Source: Lingula anatina (taxonomy: Eukaryota > Animalia > Brachiopoda). Taken from it: a DNA stretch of 64,000 bases. Each line of letters begins with the position of its first letter. The first letter of the stretch is position 1. The notes under the pieces are model-generated. The model was given only the letters and a program-made list of their open reading frames with translations. It was not told the origin of the DNA and did not search any database. Location: the NCBI GenBank assembly GCA_051362555.1, contig CM120645.1, forward strand, positions 22,506,001 through 22,570,000, in the 5' to 3' direction. This document shows positions 37,221-47,433 of the stretch, one piece after another. A program made the position numbers and the translations under genes.

Positions 37221-40200
37221 CATATGAACATAGCATACGTACAGAATTAGTTTGTGTTGGTGAATACAGACATTTTAAATTCCATATCTGTCATAGTGTA
37301 TAATTTTTCTCTCATATTCAAAACGTTGGATGGGTATGTACATTTATAAATATAGAGCTAAAAAGGCTGTAAATGTGACAGTTACAGGTCTGTCCTGTTT
37401 AAATCAAAATCAAGTTACAAATTTCAGTAAAATAAGGTTATTTGATATGCTTCAGAACTTCAACATTTTTATCAACTATATTAAAAGGATGTATGCTGAT
37501 TTCAATTTCTTTCCAACAGTAAACAATACCCGTAGCCGTGGTGATGACGTACTGGACACCACTAAGACCTTGTCCATAGATGACCCTAGTCAGATGAAGG
37601 TCAAACTACTTGACCTTGACCCAGTTACCAATTACAGGGTACTGCTGTATGCCAGGACAGGCGCCGGGCGAGGAGAAGAGGCCGTTCTGGAGGAGATGAC
37701 GTTGGCGATGGGATGTAAGACACTGAAAACATCTAGTCTTAATGTTGTATTACACCATTCACACACAGGCATTTTAACTGGTAGCAACAGTAAAATGGGT
37801 CATTATTTCTAGGTGAGACTGTTAAGGGAAATGCGTTGTCCACATTCTTTAACTTGGTTGGAGAGTCAAACATGAAATACTTGTAAAGTTTTTCATTCCT
37901 GAGAGAGACTTAATTTTCATTTGAGGATTTTCACATGTGGATGTTGAGGCATTTTAATCTAATCAGTATGAAACTTTTACTCTGTTGAAATTTGTCTTTA
38001 CTGGATGTTGGCCAGATCTTAGAGGAAGAAATCAGATGGCAAATCATACTGTTTAATGACAAAACCACTAAAATATCAAAAACCAACATTTTCATTTTCC
38101 ATAAAATTTGAAATAATTTCGAATATTTTACAGTCCCAGAGCGGCCGGACCTGGTCACTGTGTCTGGACCCACCTCCATGACGGTCACATGGGTACCCGC
38201 TGACGAGAACCCTGGATATGGTTTCTATGTGGAGTATAAGAAACCAGGTAATGTCCCAATTAGCACTTATTATTATATAAAATGATGAATATTAGTGTGA
38301 ATGTCCACTGTTCTCTGTCTCTTTGCTTTCAAACACTTGACAAGAATTTCCTGTAGGGTCCAATAGGAAATCCTATAGGAAGTTGACCCTTAATCCTAAA
38401 GTGCATATGTCACAGGCAGAATTCCTATAGGACCTCCTATAGAGTCCTATAGGATTACTGTAGAGGGCTGTAGGGTTCCTGTAGAGTCCTGTAGGATTCC
38501 TAGACAGTCCACTGAACTCCTATAGGACATATATTAAAATACTTTTATTATAGAATATACATATTACAACACTTGTCCAGTTCCTAAATTTTTTCATCCT
38601 AACACCATTTTTAGCTTCTCCTTAGGCCACACTTTTTTATTTTTATGGATGACATCCTCTGGGTACCCCAAAATCGGTGCGAGAGGGCGAAAAAAAAAAA
38701 AACAGTCCAAAAAAAAAAAAACTGCTTAAGTAAGGGAATGCTGTCAGTACACAGCTGGAAACACAAATTTAACCACAGAAACACGTATCAAACTAACAAT
38801 ATGTCTTTATCCATGCTCTTAAAATATTAAAGCATTGTGAATACTTCGTAGAAATGTAAAAAAAGTCATGAATTGATATACTTCATATTACAAAATCTAT
38901 TTAAGGTTATTTCATGCATTCATTTGGTATAGCAATCAATAAAACAAATATCAATCAAACAGTGTGTCTTTATTTGTATTCTCAGAATATTAAAACATTT
39001 TGAACACTTCACAGAAATGTTTAAAAAATGATGCAAAGATATGCTTAATACTACCAAATCTATTAAAGGTCATTTCAGACGATGCCATTCTGTCAACTTC
39101 AACTCACACGAAGCAGCTAAACTGTCAGGTGGCCTGTCCGACCTTCAGCCCACCAAATACCTCGACGCCCTTGTCGACCCTTTTTTCGCTACAGAAAACC
39201 TGGTATTAATGTGCTGCTTTATACAGAATGTCACAGAAATGTTTCGGCTGCCGCCAGCCTTTCGCACAATTGTAAAAAGGTGATATCTCCATGCCCAATA
39301 TCAATGGCATACCAATCCAAAACGATGGCGCCCGTTCTCTTTATGACTTTTATTGTTGTGTAATTTGAAAGTAATCCTAGAGATGAATTTGACAGCAAAG
39401 TGGCCGCATTTCCACGTGGCTAAAATACGCATGCGCAGAAAGCTCATTTCCTTGCAAATTCAATAACAACGTTTGCGACAACCGACTACGTTGGGGGCGG
39501 GGGGGGGGGGGGGGGGCTTTTTTTTTTTTTTTTCGGAGAACGGGCGAAAATCCGTGCGCGCGCAGGATGTCATCCATAAAATTAAAAAAGTGTGGCCTTA
39601 TCTTCTATTAATATCTTCACTTCAGATGAGACGACTTGGTCAAAGACCCCTATTGAGACAGAGAAGGACTATATCGTCTTGACCCGCCTTGACCCTGCCA
39701 CAGAATACGAGGTGCGTGTTGTCGCTGTGAATGGGGAGGGTTACGAGACACCAAGTATCATGAAGGCACCAAGAACTGCAGGAACAGGTACCTATTAGTT
39801 TTTGGAGCAGTTATTTTTCTTTTTGTAGATAAAATAAACATTATTTAAAGCGCTGTTTGGTTTAATTATTATTATTCAACTAATTTCATGATTTCAAAAG
39901 ATTATAATGAATTTTAATTCAGACAAATGAAATTGGAAAAAAAAAATGAATTGAAAAATGTGTTTTGGCTCAGCATTTTGAATGAATGAATGAATGAATT
40001 AGGCCAAGTTACATGGACATCTAATTAAATATATTAATACATGAAGGGTGATCAGAATCAATTTCATGGGGTATTTCTCACCACGCCTTCAACAATTAGC
40101 AGGTGCTCTAATAGCCTGTCTGTGCCCATTTCTTTGCTCTTATGACCTGTTAATTTCTGTTTATTATTCCAGCGGCTGCCACCCAGTCTGTGCAGGAAGC

Positions 40201-40942
40201 TGGTTGGTTTGTGGCATTGCTGGTTGTCATCATTCTCCTGATTATCATCCTGGTGGTGATCTGCTTTATCAGGAGGACCAGGGGGGACAAGTACAATGGT
40301 AAGACCTTATAACGTAGATATAATCAACTCAGCGGGGACTCTTGCTGAGTGCAGTCAGCCTAACTGAATGACATGCCTCTTCTTGTTGCCAGCTTCTTCA
40401 TATAATCACTAATAATTACGAACTTTTTCTGTATTCTACTTAAAATTGGGAAAGAAATTAATTTTATGACACATAATTTGAAACATTCATTAAACAAATG
40501 TTACAGCTTTGGTACATGGCAAATATCATATATAGTATAAACTGACCCAGACACAGTGATGATATACAGGTGTATACACATTATGTGGTATATATATATT
40601 GTATGGCATATGGATAGAAAAGGCTGATAATATGACAAATTTTTCTACTCCAGTGGATGAGAAGGAGAGGCTGAGAGGTGGTCCAGAGGCACCTCCACCC
40701 TTTGAAGAATACAACAGAGGGTAAGTGAGGGGATCCCAGGCTGCAGTATGCCCTATGAAGATGCATGCAATGTGTTTATACTGAATCATCCGAAGCTGTT
40801 TCTTTGAAGACAGTTTTATAAACAGTGATAAAGTATTATGGATATTTTGCTAGAAATTGCTCTCATATTTGGTAACCTTTTTCAAACCTTTTTAAACAGT
40901 TTTATTATAAAAAGAAAATTGTGCATGACCATATTTTCCCTA

Positions 40943-40979
<37 letters not shown>

Positions 40980-41331
40980 ATGCTGCAGAATTTCCCTGAC
41001 CAGTCTATTTATATTGATGTATTATTATGTACATTCTGTGCTGATGGGCTTTGGATGGATTCAAGACTTCCACATCTTTTGATATTTCATTTATAATAAA
41101 ACCTTGTGGTGTTTTAGGAAAGATCCCAGTCTGGTTGACGAGCCGATGGATGACCTGAAACCTCCTGAGAGTGACTCTGACAGTCTGGAAGAATATGGGG
41201 AGAACGACGTCAGCAAGTTCAATGAGGATGGGTCATTTATTGGTCAATATGGCGCCAACAAGGACATCAATCCCCCGCCATCACAACAACAGGAGCCAAC
41301 GTCTCCATCTGCACTGTCAACTTTTGTTTGA
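24957..41331 (+). CDS. Nrg: L1-family cell adhesion molecule (neuroglian / L1CAM / NrCAM-like), 23 coding exons, ~1264 aa
   Basis: spliced reconstruction with GT-AG and matching phases sums to 3795 nt; signal peptide, 6 Ig, 5 FN3, TM, ankyrin-binding NEDGSFIGQY, C-terminal STFV. Confidence 0.95.
26779..26902 (+). CDS. Nrg: coding exon 2, Ig1 N-half
   Basis: PPSITRQ...IVCVASGNPEPT; ttttag acceptor, GTAAGC donor. Confidence 0.92.
27237..27421 (+). CDS. Nrg: coding exon 3, Ig1 C-half
   Basis: YEWTKNG...DQGVYQCRAINEYGTA; donor G|GTGAGG. Confidence 0.93.
27837..28013 (+). CDS. Nrg: coding exon 4, Ig2 N-half
   Basis: GQSLKLPCDSP...RVTMDYE; donor G|GTAGGA. Confidence 0.92.
28209..28343 (+). CDS. 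Nrg: coding exon 5, Ig2 C-half (alternative end 28334)
   Basis: GNLYFANI...YICAVTN, typical of L1-family Ig2; two in-phase donors. Confidence 0.9.
28636..28738 (+). CDS. Nrg: coding exon 6, Ig3 N-half
   Basis: PVLLYSSP...RGETLRMKCIFGG; donor GTAAGT. Confidence 0.92.
29143..29321 (+). CDS. Nrg: coding exon 7, Ig3 C-half
   Basis: PTPTITWRR...DEGTYLCEGNNG...FQVTVE. Confidence 0.92.
29345..29508. mobile_element. PIF/Harbinger-type MITE
   Basis: ~35-bp TIRs (agccccattcggaataggagactaactagtccgag / ctcggactagttaatcccctattctgaattgggcc), flanks TAA / TGA. Confidence 0.8.
31531..31662 (+). CDS. Nrg: coding exon 8, Ig4 N-half
   Basis: KPYWIEKP...FRCEAGGKPIPNVMWFING. Confidence 0.93.
31936..32085 (+). 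CDS. Nrg: coding exon 9, Ig4 C-half
   Basis: DTCVVQCNVTNEHGYIFASAYLNVL, close to the conserved L1-family Ig4 motif. Confidence 0.93.
32121..32300. mobile_element. degenerate PIF/Harbinger-type MITE
   Basis: ends GGCCGTGGTCACA / TGTGAATGTGGCT, inner inverted match ctagtctatcgattaaatatggtgtac / gtgcgccatatttgatcacgatactag, flanks TAA / TTA. Confidence 0.65.
32567..32748 (+). CDS. Nrg: coding exon 10, Ig5 N-part
   Basis: EAPIFLTEP...LTCRVFGAPIPQITWEK...GDLVIK. Confidence 0.93.
33218..33308 (+). CDS. Nrg: coding exon 11, Ig5 C-part
   Basis: DLRLDDSGHYLCKARNTYGNIQASGELVVR. Confidence 0.92.
33607..33894 (+). CDS. Nrg: coding exon 12, Ig6
   Basis: AVLSCGA...IYWLKDD...DNARYTCVAGNGLD...ATLTVE. Confidence 0.94.
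34787..35157 (+). CDS. Nrg: coding exon 13, FN3-1 and start of FN3-2
   Basis: PPEPPTNV...ISWTPGPPNNAPI...FNFRVKAANRIGTSQPS. Confidence 0.94.
35497..35731 (+). CDS. Nrg: coding exon 14, FN3-2
   Basis: LNGPGFHYLITYRR...TYVPYEITIEAVNEMG...IIGFSGEG. Confidence 0.94.
36023..36153 (+). CDS. Nrg: coding exon 15, FN3-3 N-part
   Basis: PNAIPQNF...TANFLWD...QGFFVGYE. Confidence 0.92.
36457..36700 (+). CDS. Nrg: coding exon 16, FN3-3 C-part
   Basis: MKWWPED...LPPFT...VAVRNKKYTGEPSNSVTFRTDEG. Confidence 0.93.
37054..37176 (+). CDS. Nrg: coding exon 17, FN3-4 N-part
   Basis: PSAVQDF...LSWELPAFPNGNILGYDIAY; donor A|GTAATT. Confidence 0.9.
37179..37220. repeat. (TTA)n microsatellite
   Basis: direct reading, abuts the exon 17 donor; another at ~24768-24793. 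Confidence 0.95.
37520..37714 (+). CDS. Nrg: coding exon 18, FN3-4 C-part
   Basis: KVKLLDLDPVTNYRVLLYARTGAGRGE; donor T|GTAAGA. Confidence 0.92.
38134..38247 (+). CDS. Nrg: coding exon 19, FN3-5 N-part
   Basis: PERPDL...MTVTWVP...PGYGFYVEYKKP. Confidence 0.92.
38334..38528. repeat. degenerate array of ~10-11-bp CCT(A/G)TAG(G/A) units
   Basis: more than 10 variants of the palindrome CCTATAGG. Confidence 0.7.
38625..39597. mobile_element. non-autonomous DNA transposon, Zator-like (or Harbinger-like)
   Basis: 34-bp TIR GGCCACACTTTTTTA(T/A)TTTTATGGATGACATCCT with 1 mismatch, TTA TSD, no transposase ORF. Confidence 0.88.
39626..39787 (+). CDS. Nrg: coding exon 20, FN3-5 C-part
   Basis: IVLTRLDPATEYEVRVVAVNGEG. 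Confidence 0.93.
40173..40298 (+). CDS. Nrg: coding exon 21, transmembrane segment
   Basis: AGWFVALLVVIILLIIILVVICFIRRTRGDKYN. Confidence 0.95.
40654..40720 (+). CDS. Nrg: coding exon 22, cytoplasmic
   Basis: VDEKERLRGGPEAPPPFEEYNR; donor GG|GTAAGT. Confidence 0.92.
41118..41331 (+). CDS. Nrg: coding exon 23, ankyrin-binding tail
   Basis: DSLEEYGE...FNEDGSFIGQY (FIGQY at 41236-41250)...STFV-stop. Confidence 0.96.
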
Positions 41332-44060
41332 TTTTGAATTCTGGAAGAATAATCCTTAAGATTGTGGAAAGACATTCTGCAATCTGAAGATGGTTTCCGT
41401 CCATTTTGAATTATGAGATGAATTCCAGAATTGTGAAACTATTTTAAAGAACATTTCAGTGGGGTCTCTTGTCACTGTTTTCTTAAATTTATTGATTTAG
41501 AATTTGGCTGATTTATTAAGAATCCATATATGCTTTACATATGGAGATATTCTTGTAAAATATCTTTTGTTTTTGATTAAATTAAGGTATGATACATCTT
41601 ACTGATGTGTTTTAATTAAGACTTATACCTTAGTCGGAGGAAAAAACATTGAGAAGTATGAAAAAATATGAAAACCCACTGAAGCGTTCTTTGAAAGCAA
41701 AATGGCAACCGTGGTTGTGACAGTGTCGCATTCAAAATTTGCAACATGCCAAAACAAATTTTTTTTGTATTTTTTCGTCCAGAACAATGCAATGTACATT
41801 ATTATCCCTTTCTGCTCTTCTACACAGATGTTTGCTCATTTGATGATGATAATGATGATTGTTTTATCTGTGTAACATTGACAATACACTGTGTACTTTA
41901 AAAGTAACTAAAAATGCACTTCAGAATTCACATGTTCTATGTGTGAGTCACATGCTGTCAGGGACAGCGATTTTTTTTTTACTTTGACCATTCACTTGTA
42001 GATAGTGCTTGAAAAGTAACGCCCCAGTTTTGAAATCAATACACAACATGCACTTTTTAATTTTTTCATGTTCTGGGCACTCTTGCATGAAAATGAATGT
42101 TTAGTTTTGTCTCTCTAAGTAATTGGTTAAAAGTAGTTGATAGTTTTAAGATGTGAGGTTAGAAGTCTGGTAGATGAGTTATTTGGCTGATTAACTAAAG
42201 GTTGGCACCTGTTATGCAAGTTCCTTGACCCCCCAATATTTCATTTGAACTTAAATATTTCAGTTTTATTTGAAAACTGAATTAAATGACAATACAATCA
42301 TCGTAACTAATTAACAGCAGATTAAGCTGCTCTTTGTTTTCTGTTTGTACTTTGTTTTGTGAATGGAACTGTCCGAAATGCGGTGTCTTCACCAAATGTT
42401 TTTGTCCGAATGTGCAAGTTATCTTGACCCCTTCTTTTTCAAATTTGAGTGATGAATTTCATTAAAAAGTACACAGAAAGGAGGTAACATTTAATGATAT
42501 TTTCCCTGTCTTAGGTCTGGAGTTTGTGTCACATATGTTGAACCATAAACGTCAATGCAATATTAACCAGTAAGCTTTAGAACCTGCATATTTATGGTAT
42601 ATTCTCATCAGGTGCTTTGTATATATGCTGATATGGCATTCTACTCGTAGGTGTTTTCAATTATTAATTTTATTTACTTCGTTGCTAGAATGTGACTTGT
42701 ATAAATTATTAAACTGACCGATCTCTCATGCCCCTTGGCACACAAAACAAGTTTGTAAATTTTGTCTCTATGTGTGCGTATGAAAGGTGGATCCAGTCAG
42801 GAAATAATTTATGATATTATATATATATATACATATGTATGCAATTTTGATATTATCATTATGATGCATTATGACTTGTATTAATCTCATCTCTTCATAG
42901 ATGTAACATAGCAGGTGCCTGCATGCCTCGTTACTAGAGGTACTTGTATGGACCGTAGGTATAGGTATGAAGAATTGGTAGAAAATAGACATTTATGTGC
43001 TTCATTTTACTGAGATTGAATTCATGTGCTTCTTGACTGTGCCAAGCATTGAATATGTTATTTAGTAGAAAGGGTGCTAATGATGACTAAGGTGAGGTTC
43101 CAGAAAGCATAATGTTGTGTTGACATCGGAAACAAGATATGATGGAATTTAATGTACAGGTATTTGTACCTACCTGTCAAACCTTGTCCAGACTTACCCA
43201 TGGAAGATTGTAGAGTTTTTAGAGTGCAGTGAAGCTTGATAAGTTTATCTGCTAGGTGTAAATAACTACTTAGTGCCTATATTTTTCATTAAGTATGTAG
43301 TAATAATGTTTTCAGTGTACCTCATTTCTTTTCTGTTTAAAAAAATAACATGCATCATACGTGTAGTCAGCATTTCGTGTACTCAGGATTTGTTGAAGTG
43401 TTTTCTTATTTTTTACAACTTTTTTTGTATGAGAGCATGTTAAATAAAGGGTCATGTGAATTCCCTATCCTGTGGAGACACTCCTGGTGCCAATTAATTA
43501 GCAGGATTGCTAGGTGTTGACCACTATATTTATTTGGCAGTTATTGGTCATTGTGTGTCTGGACACTGGATCCTGTGGTGCTATAATAATTATATGTATG
43601 TCTGTTGTTTTGTGTTTTTCTCGATCATAAGAAAGTTGTTCTTATAGAGGTGATAATTCTGGATTTTGAATTACTGGATTTATGGATGAAGATTTCATGT
43701 TTGCAATACAGAGCCACATTGCCTTTTAACTTTGACTGGGAAAAAGCGTTTACACACATTTTTTCTCTCTCAAAATGCAGGTAAAGTGCAAGTATGTAGA
43801 ATAAAAAACGATTGTATCAGAAAGAGCAAGTATTCAGACCAGAATAGTCAATCTGAATATTTTTTTCAGATCGAAGTTATAATAGAATGTTCTTGTTTCA
43901 TGATAAAGAAAAGTTTGTTCATAGAATTTATATGATAAATTGTGTATCAAATAAGATCCAACTGAAACTGATAATTGGAAACTTAAATTTTTGAACTGTA
44001 TTTCTTTGTTTGTATTCGTTTTGTTTTTGTGAATAAATGCTGAATTAGTCTATTGGCACT
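41332..44060 (+). other. probable long 3' UTR
   Basis: U-rich, repeat-poor stretch; AATAAA at 43443, 44032 and 44123 before repeats resume. Confidence 0.45.
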
Positions 44061-44145
44061 TTTTAAAATCTTTTCTGCTTTTTCATCTCATGATAAATAT
44101 GTAAGCGTTCATATCGGCTGCTAATAAACCTACAGTTACATTTTT

Positions 44146-44860
44146 ATGTACAGACACAGATGTGTCTGTACATATAGCCGTCATCTGCGTCTGTCGTCGC
44201 CGTCGTTGCCGTCGTCGCCGTCGCCGTGCACTTTTACCGATAACACGATAAGTGGAAAACTGTTTTTTCTTTTTGTTTGAAACTTACAGAACTGATGAAT
44301 ATTCATAATACGCAGGTCGAGTTCGAAAATCAGCATGATCGGGTCACTTATAGGGAATTTATGCTGTTTTTCACTTTTTTCAGCATATATGCAGCACCGA
44401 TAACAGGATAAGTGGAAAACCATTTTACCTTTTGGCTTTAAACTTACAGAACTGATGAATATACATAATACGCAGGTCAAGTTCGAAAATCAGCATGATT
44501 GGGTCATTTTTAGTGAATTTAGGCTATTTTTTCTCTTTTTTCAGCATATATGCAGCACCGATAACACGATAAGTGGAAAACCATTTTACCTTTTGGCTTG
44601 AAACTTACAGAACTGATGAATATTCATAATACGCAGGTCAAGTTCGAAAATCAGCATGATCGGGTCACTTATAGGGAATTTATGCTGTTTTTTCACTTTT
44701 TTCAGTATATATATGCGACACTGATAACACAATATAAGAAAAACAGATTGGCCAATTGTCATTATACTCACAGGAGGGGCCAATCTTACTAAAACACAGG
44801 TTGAGTTTGAAAATCAGCATAATCAGTCCATTATTTTAGAAGTTATGCTGTTTTTTCACA
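44146..44860 (+). mobile_element. Helentron-associated (HINE / pearl-like) element with ~161-bp internal tandem repeats
   Basis: T-run, 13-bp hairpin ATGTACAGACACA-GA-TGTGTCTGTACAT, (GTC/GCC)n microsatellite, then units starting near 44238, 44398, 44559 and 44722. Confidence 0.75.
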
Positions 44861-45262
44861 TTTCCTCACATTCAATTCTTAGGCATGTTAACAGTCTCAT
44901 TATTGAACTAATAAGATACGTAAAAGTGTTTGTTTGACATTTCCTACATCTTTACAACATTGTTAGTTGATTTTGTAAAAATGATGGTAAACTTGTTATC
45001 ATGTATTGTGTAATAAAGTGTCAAAAATGGAAATAAACTCATATCATTACAGTTGGTCAGATGCATTCATCCACTATGTTCAGAATCTCAGAATGGAGGA
45101 AGTTGGACATTTAACACTGTTCTATTGATACTTTTCCCATCTCATCAATTTTCTTCATTGGTCATATAAAAATGGCAGTAAACTGTTTATTTTGTTTTAT
45201 GTTAAAAAAGTGTTAAAAATGGAAATAAACCCATTTCAGAACAGTGCTGTCTTGTTTACATT

Positions 45263-46470
45263 TTGGCATTTTCAATATGTGACTTTGAAGTTCCATGGGC
45301 CTGAAGACTTTTGCTAGTTACATTTTCTGAATAACCATGATACTAATATTTTATAATTAAAAATTGATGGTCATTATGCTGTAAAACATTATGTAATATT
45401 GCATCAAAATTTGAAGAAACCCCTATTTTGGGCACTGCACCCATGATGACCATTTACGGAAAATCATGTCACTTACTGTTCTCAAACTTACAGGAAAGAA
45501 ACATGGGACTAAAATACAGCTTCAGTAGGCAATGCAGTCTGTTTGGTAAATTTTTCTGGCAATTAAACAGTTTTTTGTGAAAATTTAATTTTTCACATAT
45601 TGGCATTTCCAAGGTGTGACTTCGAACCTCCACGGGCTTGAAGACCCATGCTAGTCACATTTTGTGAAAATCCATGACACTTATATTTTATTATTAAAAA
45701 TCGATGATCATTATGCTGTTAAGCATTATGTAATGTTGCATCAAAATAGAAGAAAACACAAATTTTGGTGCTGCTGCCTTGATGACCATTATGGGAAAAC
45801 CGTGTTACTTATGACTGTCAAACTTTCAAAAAAGAAACACAGGACTAAAATGCAGCCTGAGTTAGAAAAGCAGTCTAATTGGCTTCTTTTTCTGGAAATT
45901 ATACATTTTAGTGTAATATTCATTATCTTTTTGGCATATTCATTGTGGGACTCTGAGCTCCCATGGACATGAAGTCAAATGATAATCCTATTTTCTACAT
46001 GTCCATCCTATTTATAGTCAATGAACAAAAATTGGTGATAATTATTCTCTAATTTATTATGTAATGTTACATCAAAATTGACAACAATCTTTTTGCACTG
46101 CTACTGCAAACATTATGAAAAGAAAACTGTGCTACTTATTATGATTTTAAACTTACAAGTACGATTTTTAGGATTGGCCTTCAGCTCATGAGAAAACCAG
46201 ATCTATTGGATTATCATGTTTATTGTATTTATGCATTTTTTGTGAAATTTTCATTTTTCTCATTCTGGCACTTTCTAAGTATAAACTTGAACTCTGATGG
46301 GCCTGGAGCCTTATGCTTTTACTTTCGTCTGTCTTACCTGTTGTGCATAAGTTGATGTTGACTGTGCAGTTAACCATAATGTATTATTGCATCAGGATTG
46401 GTAGTCTCCTATTTTGGGCATTATGGTTTTGTGCTTTTCTTAAGGTGTGACTTATGGGCCTGAAGACCTT
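45263..46470 (+). repeat. degenerate ~335-bp tandem repeat, about 4 copies (fragments to ~47530)
   Basis: tggcat..gtgact..catgggcctgaag and cattatgtaat.ttgcatcaaaat recur at ~45263, 45601, 45932 and 46267. Confidence 0.7.
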
Positions 46471-46683
46471 TGAGTGGGTCAGTCTGTAAATTACCCTTGG
46501 TATCAGTAGATCAATTTCAGAGTTATAAAGTCATTTGCCTTAATAGGCCATTAAATGAGATTACGTAAAGCACACTTATTGATATTTCCCTGTAAACTCC
46601 CAAAGGTAAAGCCCTCTGCTAGATTAATAATAAGGAAGCAGTGATAATTATGCAGGTAAATTTTGTTTAATATTTCAAATAAG

Positions 46684-46753
<70 letters not shown>

Positions 46754-46802
46754 CAAACTGGAAGATTAAAAGTTTGAATAGCATCTTCATTGGAATTATA
46801 TT

Positions 46803-47035
46803 TACCTCAAGCTCTGCCAAGGGGGTTATATTTTCACCCCTGTTTGTCTGTCATCCACATAACACAAAAAGTTATGGACCGATTTTGCAGAAATTTTCAG
46901 GAACTGTCGGAAGTGGGCCAAAGAGGACAATTATTAGTTTTTAGTGGTGGTCCGGATCAATAATCAATCAATTATCAATAATAATCAACAATTGCTGCCT
47001 TGGCAGAGGTCTGCACTCTCAAAGTGCTTTTCTAG
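46803..47035 (+). mobile_element. short DINE/HINE-type non-autonomous Helentron
   Basis: subterminal IR CTCTGCCAAGG (46812) / CCTTGGCAGAG (46998), TGTTTGTCTGT microsatellite seed, 3' hairpin GCACT-ctcaa-AGTGC, CTAG end in a T-rich site. Confidence 0.8.
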
Positions 47036-47267
47036 TTTTGTTGTTTTCCTTTATAATTTTTTCTCAAACACTTGCATTTGTGACTTTTAACTCTCTTCTG
47101 CCTGGGGCTCTACATATTTTCTGTATTTCTACAAAAGCAGTTGTATTGTTTTTTATGTCTTTAAACATTATGTAATATTATTTTATGCACTGTCATCATT
47201 TTTCAAATATTGAGACTTTCATAATGTGAATTTGAACTCTCATGGTCCTGAAACTGTAATCTTATTG

Positions 47268-47433
47268 AAGGGGTGGATTGAGACCATCTTCTGGGTCTTC
47301 CAGAAGGCAGTCAGGTTATTAAGTTTATATTGACTGGTATCTATTTTTTCTGTTGGAAGACCATCAAAATGGAGGATGGATCAACATAGATACTTTGTAA
47401 TACTGTCAGAAAATATCTCTGGGTCTGCTCCTG
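47268..47433 (-). mobile_element. MITE family A copy, reverse orientation
   Basis: reverse complement matches 8632-8799 and 23689-23856; TTATTG on both flanks. Confidence 0.8.

Noticed and set aside
40280-40288. Second RGD (RTRGDKY)
   Set aside because: Cytoplasmic side of the TM; a variant of the conserved KGGKY juxtamembrane motif.
40721-41117. RSLE-like microexon or FIGQY-less isoform by intron retention
   Set aside because: No AG-short exon-GT candidate found; the immediate stop is a trivial result of a phase-2 GTAA donor.
44238-44860. Regularly spaced repeats as a CRISPR-like array
   Set aside because: Whole ~161-bp units repeat with no unique spacers; eukaryotic context, no cas genes.
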